A stretch of 64,000 bases of DNA. Source: Klebsormidium nitens. Lineage: Eukaryota > Plantae > Klebsormidiophyceae. The notes below the pieces were generated by a model. The model saw only the letters and a program-made list of their open reading frames with translations, was not told the DNA's origin and did no database searches. Position 1 is the stretch's first letter. Every line of letters starts with the position of its first letter. Where the stretch lies: contig DF237431.1 of NCBI GenBank assembly GCA_000708835.1, forward strand, positions 6,590 to 70,589, given 5' to 3'. Below, one piece after another: positions 23,962 through 35,500 of the stretch. A program made the position numbers and the translations under genes.

Positions 23962-25923
23962 TTATTCAAAACTTTCTAGCAGAAAATGACCATGCAGACT
24001 GCAGCTCAGGAGACGGTGCATGCACTCCCCGCATCCAAGAAGAAGGCTTAGGCAGGGACGATCGAGGTCGTCATTCATCACCCTGGGCCTAGGTAGCTGG
24101 ACATCAGCTTCGAATTTCATAGCTGGCAAAAGGGCTCTGAAGGCGCTCATGCTCCTTGCAAAGCTGAGGGCCTTAATCGGAAGGACGGCTCTTGACCAGC
24201 AAAGGTTTAGAAAGCGTTCACAACTGTGGCTCCTGCACAAACGCGGTCCACACTCCTTGTGTGTGGACCGCACATGACCCTTAGTTGTTGAACAAACCCG
24301 AAGAGCAGTGAAGGTTCAGAGGCTGACAGAAGAGCTGTCAAGTAGTTCCACACCAGTCACATGCCGTTGCATGTCTTAGCCAGGGATGACAAGAAATAGC
24401 CTCCCGCTTTGGCGCATTCTGTGTAGGAAGCCTCCAGCTTAGGTTTTAGCCATCCTACCTCCAACCTTTCACTTCTTCCTTTGAAAACCTGCTGTAAAGC
24501 TGCAGCCAAAGCACTCTTGAGTTCTGTTACAGTCAGCTTAGCTCTAGCTATTCTGCATTTTAGGGATTTGCAGGGGAGGGGGCCTGTGAGGGATGGGGGC
24601 GCTGTGCTGCTGTCCCATACCAGAGGACTACTGGGAGGAGTATGGCCACCCAAACAGCCTTCAAAATTGTTTTGGCGTGCGCTACTGCTTCCGGTGGTGC
24701 ATACGCGCTGTGAGCATGCCCACTGGTCTCCGTCAAGTCTGCTTCTCCTTATTAGCTTTTGTCTAGTTTGTCTTCAGGGCAGAAACCTGGAGGCTGCAGG
24801 GTTGAACACCGGAAGACAACATGGCTTCTCAATGGAGCTCTTTCTGTAGGAGCTGTGTACTTGGAATTTGAAAGTCCTTGACGTGAAGCACCGGCTCAAT
24901 GGGTTGGAACATGTAACTTCCACCAGCCGTTTTTGGAGAATCTATGAGAATCTGCTTGGAGTACGCTTTGCCTAATGCATTGCTGCAAGAGGTCCTTGGC
25001 AGACATGTCATTCTTGGTCCTTGAGTCAAACAGGTATGGTTGGGTTCACCCTGTGTGCATCTGCAGCCCTTTGGAGAAGGCTGTTCCTACTTGTTTGTGG
25101 CATTCAATCCTTCCTACTTTGCTGATATTATAGAAACTTAAGAGAAGGAAGTAACGGTCTGCCCAGCTCGTGAAGAAGTTTCAGAACGGACGGACAAGTC
25201 CTGACTTTGGGTCTTCTTATGTTAGACCGCGTTGTCATTGTTGGCTGGGCGCCTCTTAGAATGTTTCTATCGATCCGACACCCCGTGGCGGCAGTCATTG
25301 TTTGAAATCAGCATTCATCGTTTTCCCCACAAGATCAGCTTTCTGGTCACATCCTAATCTGCGTCTTTGATGGCACTTCGATATCATGGCTGGCTCCGGT
25401 ATCAGGGTCGAAAGGGCACTTTCTAGGAGACTTCCACCAATAGTTTTGCTACAGAAAACTGTTTGTTGCTCCTCTCAGGATCTGTCGGAGTCTTTCTTCA
25501 GAGTTTCTTGCTTTTGCCCAAGCTTAGGAACCAAGCAAGGGGCTGCTCAAATGAAGTCTTACAAGTTCCCGGTCGAATCTGTCACTGAAGCGGCGCAACA
25601 ACGAGCTAGGCTCATTGGGTCCAATTATAGGATGCTGTCTAGTTTTTCCAATTTCTTAGAGAATCAAACATCAACAACTTGCTGGCTGGCTCCTGATTTT
25701 CTAATATCTAGTGCATATTTGCATCCGTAATGTTTGCCACCCCAATAACATGCCTACGGTCACCGTGCATCGAGACCCACGATACTGCTGCGCACATATA
25801 ATGGGCCCTGTGCCGGGTGGCTGATCGTAGAACTGACAAAGGATCCCTTTCAACGTCCTCAAGCAGTACAAATGACGAATGATGTTCTAAAAAGGTCTTG
25901 ATGGACTCCTTATCATGCATCAT
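23962..25923 (-). CDS. Putative multi-exon gene with winged-helix (OST-HTH/LOTUS-like) segments; structure unresolved
   Basis: Several minus-strand open segments (23962-24273, 24357-24653, ~24890-25020, 25708-25923). 24357-24653 reads LAAALQQVFKGRSERLEVGWLKPKLEASYTECAKAGGYFLSSLAKTC, loosely LOTUS-like. Exon joins not established. Confidence 0.3.
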
Positions 25924-26061
25924 CCCCCGAACAATCTTTCCGTCCGTGTCTTTGCAATACTGGACGCTCTTTTGACTCCTAAAATTCGTCGATCAGGCAT
26001 ACAAAGGATCGTTTGTGATGTTCTTTCCACTACAGTAACGATCCCGCTCAAGGGGCCTGCT

Positions 26062-28262
26062 ATGGGCGCCTTATACTGCGAAAGTCGCCTCAGAGGCTTT
26101 CTCACCTTCTCTTTGCAGTATCGGACACTAATTGACCCCCAGAATGAGCACCGGCTAGGGGGATCCCCCATCCACGGAACCTCAGCCAGCCCCTCCGCCG
26201 TTCTCCTAAGCCCAACTCGGACTGACTCCACCAATCCGGACTCCTACCGCGCGCCCCCCATGCCGTTGCCATTTGACCATCGGAACCTTCGGCCGCGGGG
26301 GCCCACCGGAAAGGGGGGGTCGGATCGGCAGCAGGAGGGGGGGGAGGGGATGGCGCTGCTTCGGCGGGGGGTGGAAGTGGGCAGCGTGACTGCCCCGCCA
26401 AAAGCCGAGGAGACTGAGACGGAAGAGACGAAGAAGATGGCGAATATTAAGAGGAACACTTCGGTGATGTCGTTTACGGACGAGGAGTGCTGTCCGACGT
26501 GCTTGGATGGTGAGTGGGACACCTCAGCAGAAGAGAATTTCGCAAAAAGTCAACGTATTTTGCTGCATCTCGTGGCTTGCCTCTTCTCCTGCTTACGAGA
26601 TCGAGCTCTTCTGCTCAATCAAATGTCCAAGATCCTCTGAACCTCGAGAGAACAAGAAAGAAGTCTGTAAGCAAGACAAGATGAGAACGACAGCTGGCAG
26701 TGCTGATTCAACATGCTTGCACAGGGAAAGCGCTTTTGAAAAGTGACCAGGCGCGCTGTGCTGTCTCGTCGCTTACTTACCTATCATGCTAGCTCCGTGC
26801 ACCGTTTCGAAGCCTCGTCGGCTAGAATATGTAAGTCCGGGCCTCGCTTATGTCATCACCGGTTCTCGCGCAGGCTATACCGAGGACAACCCGAAGATCC
26901 AGACGGCCTGCCTGCACCACTTTCATCTGAGTGAGACAATCCGTTTCCTTTCTGCCGGGGCTTAGCCCCGCCTTGCTCAATTACGACAGCCTGGAGTGCA
27001 GCAGCTTTTGTCAAGACGTATTGTGACGGCGTCCAGTTAGTTATGGGGACTCGAACCCCTCAACGGGGTTCCTCGAGTCCTGGCTCCGTTGTTGAAAGCG
27101 TAACGATTTGTATTTCTCTAAACTAACGGAGAGCTTAAAACCGCCCTTCATGGTGACCAAGGTTTCTGGAAAGGTCCAAGTCTTGAATTGGACTTCATCT
27201 GAGTGCTGATCTGGACCGCTGAAACCTACAGGGGCGCCCATGCCCCGAACCCACTGTCAGGGTTTTGAGCCGGGCTGCTTGTTGCCAGCTCTAGTTGCAA
27301 CTTTTGTCTCCTATTTAAGGCTCTGTCGTCATTTCTTGGTGCCCGGGTTGCAAGACATGTTATAGGGGTTAAAATAAGCTGTGTCTTTTCACTGTCAATA
27401 TGTGAGGTGTGTGGTTTGCAAAAGAAGCCTGGGTCACAGAAAGGGTCGGATAGGCAACACGCCTGCAAGCGGCGGAAACGAGGCCTCCTTAGTGAATTGG
27501 ACAAGTCTTGCAGCACGCTGCTGGTTTCTTCCATCCAACGCAACGTGTCTAGAAAGGAGGCAAGCGTCTTCTTGCACAGTGCTGTTGCGAAACGGGGCCT
27601 TACGGCATTCACCAGATGCGCTTCCTCGTGCGCGGTTCTCCTACCCATGCGGGGAACTCAACACCACCAAACCCTGAATCCACTCACCGAGAAATATCGA
27701 TGGCGCGTGCAGGTTGCATATACGAGTGGATGGAACGGAGCAACCGATGCCCCGTCTGTGACAAGGTACGTCGAAAAAGGAAGCAGCTTCGCTTTGTTGA
27801 CTTGAGCAAACCACCGCTACTTTATGCCTTCTGCTAGGGGCTACTTTCATAGACGTACGATTGGGTGTCCTGGAGCGAGAGGCCAGCGTCTCTGCCACCA
27901 AGGTTGCGCTGCTGTCCACTAGCACTGGTACATGAGTAGGGTCCTACGCGAATGTAGTGCTCCTGGATGCATGTAAAACGGCCCCACCGTAGCCCCATGC
28001 CTTTGATAGTGCATGGGCTTTTGAGAAGTCAAACATTGAACCTAAGCCTGCCTTCATCTCCCTCAAAGCTGCCTTTATTAGTCTCCATCTACTTGGACGA
28101 GACCCGAGTGTTCTCGATGGTGATGGGTTGCTGGACCTTATGCATTTCGAAGCTCGTCTCTCTGAATTTTCGGGCCCGCTTTCAAAAGGAGAATCGTTCA
28201 GAGGACGAGATCGAGACATTTTATCCCGTTTTCTGCAGGAGATGATGTTCGATGAAAGGTGA
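26062..28262 (+). CDS. RING-H2 E3 ubiquitin ligase (plant RHB1A/At3g02290-like type)
   Basis: join(26062 or 26119-26509,26874-26930,27713-27765,28239-28262). Reconstructs DSYRAPPMPLPFD...EECCPTCLDGYTEDNPKIQTACLHHFHLSCIYEWMERSNRCPVCDKEMMFDER*, a complete C3H2C3 RING. The 5' end is uncertain (ATG 26062 versus a strong acceptor at 26118). Confidence 0.9.
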
Positions 28263-30692
28263 CGTGGACAAAAACGAGCACGCAAAGCATCCGCTTGGCT
28301 GCATTCGCCTGTGACCTGTAATTAATAGATTGATCTGAAACGCAGCAGCATGTTTGTACAGTCAAGCGGGCACTTATTGGCTCATCAAAGGGGTAGAAGC
28401 TGGATTTGGAAGAGGACACGTGTGGGAAGGGTTGGTAGGCTTCGGCGAGCCCATAGAACTCGCCTGTAGATTCGATCAAGTTCGTCGTGGATCACACAGT
28501 GCCCTCAAGCCAGCTGTATTATAAGCTTCCAAAAGGTACGCTTTGCGAAGATATAGGTGGACCGACCATATTGTATATCGTCATCTAGAGTGGGCTCGAA
28601 AGTGGATTGAGTTCCTATGCGTCCGTTTAACATCTTCACAATGCGGGATGCACACGTTCTGCGGGCAGATGCTGTAGTTTTAATCATAGGCGATCGTTGC
28701 CATTGGCGTCCATCGTAATGATCTGTCTCAGCCAATATGACGAATTTGGCGAGCCGCCTCCACTGCTGGCACAGATTGTGCAGCTCATGCCAGCCCGTTG
28801 ATTACTTAAGATGCCAGATCAATCAGCTTGCAACGGAAATGCATATGCATGGTATCTAGAAACATATGGCTGCGCAATATGGTTGCAGTCGGGCCTTGCT
28901 CTGTTTATTTATTGCTATAGCTTGAGTTGGGCCTTTCTGTAATTCACAAATCTCCTGATTCCATGTAGAAAGCATGACGATGCGAACTAGAGCTTTGTGA
29001 TCTTGCAGAATTCGCCAGTCAAGTCCGAGTTCTTAGCGTCAGTAACCTATATAGCTCGGCAGGACTGCCTGCATGCAGCTATGTGCATGGCAGTGTCCCG
29101 TTGCGCCAGGGACGCGGAGACAACAAGCGGCACATGCATCCGACCTGCTCAGTCACGCAAGCCTGTTCGATAAGCATCAGGGGCTCAATCCTGAGTGTAT
29201 CGGTGTCTTGCTCGCTCGATCTCCGCTCTGGCATGTCTATCCCCTGCTCGATCGTTGGTCCAAGTACTCCAGCGAGATTCCTGTGGGCTCGTTCCGCTTG
29301 CAATGATGCTTGCGGCGAGGGAAGCGCTCTCGAGCGAGTCTGCCTGCGGGTGAGAACCGCATCTTCGTAGCTAAGATGCAAACCTGCGAGGCTGCTGCCA
29401 TCCCGCTGCCACGGCTGCTTTGTCTCTCCCACTCAGCGACGGTCGTATTTTCTCTCCCGGCTGCCGCGACTGTAAAAGACTCCGGCGTCGCTCCGGCGAG
29501 TCGTCATCTGATTCCCTCACTCGCAGATCTAGACTGAAATGCGGCACATGGTGGTGGCTGCGCCTGTCGCTGCACCTATACTCTTCCTCGCTTTCCCAGG
29601 GGCTCACACTTCGGCTACGCTCGCGAGCACGATCATGGCGCTCGGAGATCGTACGACTCTGGTGGCGCGCGCGGCCTTGCTCCACAGACGCACGCTCCTG
29701 GGACTGGCTCTCTGCTCTTCTCATGACCTCACTCTTTCCGAAGCCGACGGCCAGTCCCCGTTCATGTGCGGCCATTCCGTCCCGCCACCCGTCCTTTCCA
29801 GGTTCTCTGGAACGTGCGTTAGGGTGCGGCTGGCACAGCCCTTGCGCAGGGGAACTTGCGCAATTGTAGTTGACATGGATGTCCGTTTCGTCAGTAGCCG
29901 CATCCTGGCACCCCACAAGCATCATCCCAACCGCTACTCTGTCCCTGAAGACAACCGACGGCTGCCCAGCAGCTTGGTCATACTTCTTGCGTTTTGCCTG
30001 CAGATGCGAAGTCACAAAGTTGAGGGGATCCCAGAGGGCAGCGTCTCTGGAATCTTAGCCACCGTTTTGAGTCCTTCATAGGCCGGAGCATCTTGTATTA
30101 TGCAGGTGTGATGCCAGACAGGCGCTTGATGAGCTGGTTTACCAAGGACTCAAAAGCGAGTCTCGATCAAGCAGGACAGGAAATTGTGCTTCTTGAAACA
30201 ATGCAACTTTTGAACAAAACTTGAGTGCGGACATTAAGGTGCACTCCAGACAGGTCGCTTTCTCGACATATCAGTAAGCAGAACGCTCGCTCTTCTGAAC
30301 AAACCCGCGGCATTATTTTTTCGGACCACGAATGCCAGCAAGCGGTTTTGCGAGAAGTACCTTCACAGAGAACTTTGGAATTCAGCTGACAAAGTGCTCT
30401 TGCGTCTCACCATCAGAGTCAACAAGCTAATCAGCAAACTTGCTCAAGCTTTCGGAGTGTGCTCAGCAAGCTACTCACATCGTGACCTCTTATGCAAGAT
30501 CAGACTGTCTCAGATCTAGAATAAACCACCTGACAATTGTTTTTTTTCAAGGAGACATTAGGTGGTTGGTGATGCCACTGATTGGATCCAAAGCTATTGT
30601 CGCAGAAGTTGAAAACCATTTTAATTTGCTATCAGCAAAATTCAGGTCGAAAGGAAGATTGCATTCACCCCCCATTCACCCAAGTCTCTCAC

Positions 30693-31067
30693 CTGCCTGC
30701 CACTCGACTTAACCGCAAAGTACCACTTGATGACATCATCCAGTTGCTGCTGTGCCCAGGGGGGCCGTCCCTCTGCTCCCTTGGTCAGCGTCTCGGTCGC
30801 GTGCACAAGAAAAATGTGCGCCAAGCGCTGCTCATCATCCGGAAGGTCAGCCATGATGTGCTGAAAGTCAACAGGGTCAAACGGGATGTGGTTCATGATG
30901 CCGTTGCGGATGAAACTGCCCACACGGGAGGCCAGCTCATGAGCCCCCTCATCTCCAAAGTACGTGTCCATGGCCATAGGTTCCGTGGGGGAAAGGCCCC
31001 GCCCTGATCGATACCAAGCGCAGGCGGCATGGGCGTCAAAAAAGGCGCCAGAAACCTCAGCCTCAAC
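30693..31067 (-). CDS. Exon of an uncharacterised gene (probably spanning ~29100-32290)
   Basis: Acceptor (gcagctag) and donor (CAG|gtgaga) bound a 375-nt phase-0 exon: VEAEVSGAFFDAHAACAWY...HIPFDPVDFQHIMADLPDDEQRLAHIFLVH...WAQQQLDDVIKWYFAVK. Neighbouring minus ORFs at 29371-30015 (Arg/Ser-rich) and 31714-32292 may belong to it. No family recognised. Confidence 0.5.
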
Positions 31068-32591
31068 CTAGCTGCTGGCGAGCAGCGGGAGGCGCCATGG
31101 CCAACGTCACATATCTGGCGACGACACACCTGGCAAAGGTTCGAACCGTACCGCATAGCGCCTAAGGCTAGTGCGGCCAGCCTCTGCGACCGGGCTATAT
31201 CGCAGGCTTCTACCGTACTATAGCCTGCCCTGCCAGGCCGCTTGCCGGCGGCCGGGCCGCGGCGGCCAGGGATCCCCTTGATTTTCCGGGGGATTCTAGA
31301 ATTGGCCGGTCGGTTGGTCGGACTGAGTGGTATGGACTCGGTGACTGCGCACCGAGGACAATTCCTCAAATCCCCCAGCCTTTCAGGCGAGGAGTTCTAG
31401 CTCTCAGGGACCGGGATCAGTACTCCCGGCGTCCAAATCCCAGTGATCCGGCCGCTCATGCTTTAAGGTTTAATTGCACTTTCCGTTCCAACCCGTATGA
31501 AACTTAAGGTTTGGATCGAACGGTTGCAAAGGAGAGGTGACACGTATCGACGACTTTAAATTGTCCGATCTGACAATCGCGGAGCCACGTGGAAAGCGTG
31601 GGCCGTCGGCCGACGGCGTTGTCGAATTTACAATTTGCACAATGTGCATGCCACATATTTCAAGCGGTTACAATTTTGGCACGACCGGGGGACCTGGTTG
31701 AGTTTAGGTCGGTTTACAGGTGGCCCTGGCGGTGGCCTGGCACTTTCAGCTGAGGCTGAGCGCTTCTCGTTTCGGGTTTTACTGTTGACTGTGTTGTAGT
31801 TAGGCCACTCATAACTGTGGAACTTTCTGTTCGGGCGGCCAGGTCGGCATGACGATGCTGTGAGTCAGCTTGCCTAAGGAGCTGCCATGATTTCCATGCA
31901 TGCAACTTGTGCTGATTGCAGCCCATATGATAAAAGCAACGGCCGGCCTCGCACTGATCGTCGTCGGCCGACTCTCGTCGGCCGACTCCAATTCCAAGGT
32001 TGGAAGACAAAGCATATCTCTCGTGCTGATGTGTTGTAATCTTAGCTTCTTTTGCGTTTCTTGCAAGGTTCTGCGTGCTCGAGATCCTTTCCCGCCTGCA
32101 GGTCTCGATTCTTCGAAGTAAATCCAGCAGGCTGCGGGGCTCCTTTTGCGTCCAACCGAGGGTTGTCAGCTCAACTTCTAGTGTTCGCAGCTGAGCACTA
32201 AAGCACTGTAAGCTTTTGAGAGAGGCGTAGAAAGCTTGAGCTTGGCAGTGCTGGCCCCCCTGCACATGCATGGGAAGAAGGGGCAAGCGCACAGCAAAAC
32301 GAAGCTGAAATTGCTCACGCTTTTTTGATATTGAGTCGGTTCATCTGGCGACCGCTCTATTGGCTTTCTGGTGCATCAAACCTGCGAGCTGCTCTTAGTC
32401 AGAAATCTTCTTAGCATAATCAGCAGGCTTACTAGAGACAATTTCTGCATCTGATGGTTGAAAGTTTGACTTCCAGCTCCGGTTTGCTGGAGTTTCTATG
32501 TTTAAAAGGCCCTTGACGGCAGCCAGTCTTTAGCACCAGCCTTTAGCACCAGCCTTTTGGTAAGGAGAACGACCAGTCTTCAGCTCCAGCC

Positions 32592-35500
32592 ATGGTGTCA
32601 GGAAACTTCCCTGAGCTGCTAAGCCCCCCCCAGTTCTCTCTGAGAAAGAGCCGGTCGCTGCCAAGCTCCCCGCTGGCTAGAACGCCAACTAGATTGAAGA
32701 GACGCGGCTTCAGGGCAGAGGCTATTCACCCTGACCTTATTCACACTGAGATCCCTTCTTCCGAAGAGATTGATGATGAGGGGCTGATATCCTTAAACGG
32801 GGCCAGTAACACCAGTCAACTCAGCTCCCAGAAGATTAATGAACAATCTGCAGTGAGACTTGCCTCCTCCGGTTTATCCCTAACCAGTGCATACAAACCT
32901 TGGGCAAAGGGCTGGTTAAGAAGCACCGCTGAGGGCAGCCTGCCACTGTGGGTTGTCACAAGGGAGCGGGGCTTTCTGCCCTCAGTCGATCCCCCCACCA
33001 CGGCAGTAACCCACACCCAAACCATGACCGGGTCAGCACTAAACCAGCTCCTAACCCTCGAAGCTCTCTTGGGGGAGCTCCCAAAGCTAGTGGTGGCAGC
33101 GGCAGGCAAGCCTGGGGCGCTGAGGAGGGCGCTGACGTCAGCAGTGCGGGAGGCTGATGTCAGCGGGATCAATGACGAGGCGCAGGCGTGGCGCGCGTTC
33201 ACGGTGCTGTCCTTCTTGGCACACGTGTATGTCTGTGAGTTTTGTTGTCCCTGTTTCCCTGGTGTGGATGGAGTGCAGCAGGAGACGAGGGCTGGACTGT
33301 CAGGCAGCTTTGGTCCAGAGAATCCTTTGTTTTTAGATCCCCCTTCTTGATCTAATTTTTGCCATGATCTTTAGACTTTTGGTTGGTACGTTTGGGGGTA
33401 TATGGGACACTTCCGAGAGCCCCTCATTTTTCGTCTGTATAGTTCTAGATGCTGCTTGCTGAGGTTGGATGTATTAATAGGTTCCTGTGTGTAACAGCTA
33501 AACTTCCGGTTCCCACCTTTACCTCATGGTCGCACTCAAATGGCTTGAAACAAGAGCATACCAACTACCGTAGCTTAGTAACTTACTTCTTTAAGTGCCA
33601 GGATTCGCACCTGAGAACCTCTTGCCCCACAAAGCCCAGGCGTCTCCAGCATTGGCCTGGACACCCTCCTCAAAATAAACGACAAACAATTTTCTGGTTT
33701 GTCTTCCAGGGGGGGACTTTCTGCCGCCAGCAAACCGACTGCCCGCCCCCCTGGCACGGCCCTGGTGCCAGCTGGCATGGAAGCTGGGCGTGCCGCCTGT
33801 GATGTCATGTGAGTTTCCCGCCAATTGAGGGAAAGACTTGTTTGATTCCGAGAAGACATGGGGCTTCCCGCTTTTGAGGTTTGAGAATCCTTCAGCACAA
33901 GCATTAATGGCACAACAATGGCCAGAAGGTGTATCTGAATGCTGTTAGAGCGACCCGGACTCTGTAACCAGTGTTTTCACGGATGCAGTCTGCGTGAAAT
34001 TGTTTGACAAATCTCAGACGAAGTCCGCGATTGTTTGAGAATGAAAGCAATCGTTTGTGTCCGCCTTACATTGGCAGCACAGAGGCACATAACTGAGCAT
34101 TGTGGTCGTTGATTGGTGTTTTAGCAGACAGATGTCTACCAACTTTCTGCGAAGCTGTAGTCGAACTGAAGTGCTGAAGTCATATGGTTGCCTTAACCAG
34201 CCACACGATTGACCTATTCTGACTGATTTGGAACCCTGTTTCAAGAAGGCAGCGGATTCGTATTGACGTGCGGACATTGACTTATTGTGCAGACGCGACG
34301 TACAATCTGCTCAACTGGCGCAGACTGGACCCTCGGGACTCCATTGAGCTAGGAAACATTGGTGAGCGGTCTTTGACTTTTCAGGCCGCGTTCGTTTAGG
34401 CCCTGCGAAGCTAGCAATCCGTTCGTTTCCGTCTCTTCTTTACATTTTTATTACTGTACGGCTTGCGCCTGCGCGGCTCGGTTATTATCGAAGAGCGAAG
34501 AGACTCTCCTTCTGCAACGGTGGCGGTAGATTGAATGAGAGCGGCAGGCGGATGCATCTTTTAAGCTCCAACTCAACCGCTTATCGCTTATTGCTTTTTA
34601 TGGGTTTGATCGAGCAGGACCACTAGTCTGGATCGATTTGGGTGCCGGACTTTTGCGAAGCGCGAACTTTCGGAAACGGGCCCGATCAGCCCGCTTCGCT
34701 TGCTCGTTCGCAGTCGTAAGCAGGCTTCGTATAAATGCGCACTGACGCACATGGATGGAGATGCTGATTTTCGCCATCGTGTTCCGCTTCATTTGCAGTC
34801 TGCCTGGCAAACTTCAACGGCGGGCTCGACGAAGAGTGGTTCCGGTAAGGATTGGAGATTAGCATCTCCTGGATATGTTTGACGGCCATGTTACTGCTCG
34901 TGCTTCTTTTCGTTCTTTGGCGACACTTGCGTTGCCTTTCTTGCCTTTTTTCGAAGTGTAGTTTTGCGGCGGGCTTTTGAGCAAACGTGTTTGATTCCGG
35001 ACCCTGTTTTTTTTGCTTTGCTCCCTGTCAAAAGAACAGTAAACATAGCGTTGTGACTTCAGCTTGCCGCATCTAACCTTCGCGCCCTTGCGTCCATCAA
35101 CATTTTCAGCTTTTCAGAACCAGAACAAGGAAAGATGTCGTTTCAGTTTTTCCGCCGCTTCAACTTCTTGCGAACGAACACATCTTGTCATCAACGTAGC
35201 CTTCTTATCGAATCAGGTTGATCCACGTGGCGATCGAGCAGCAAGCGGCGCCCGCGATTGCGGCGATTTCCGACGCGCATGACTCCATACGTTCGTTTGA
35301 TGTCGAGAAAGTCTCCCAAAGCTTGGAGACGATCAAGATAACCCTGCGGACGATGCTGGAAACTCTCAAGAGGATGCAATCGGCGTGCGATCCGCACGTC
35401 TACTACCATCGGTGAGAAAGACGTTTGATACTTAACATGCCGTTGACAAAAGGATGTGTAGTCCTTCTTAAGTATCATTTGGTTTGAGTACCAGGGATTC

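Noticed and set aside
32528-32553. 13-bp tandem duplication upstream of the IDO start
   Set aside because: Ordinary slippage-scale repeat with no evidence of function.
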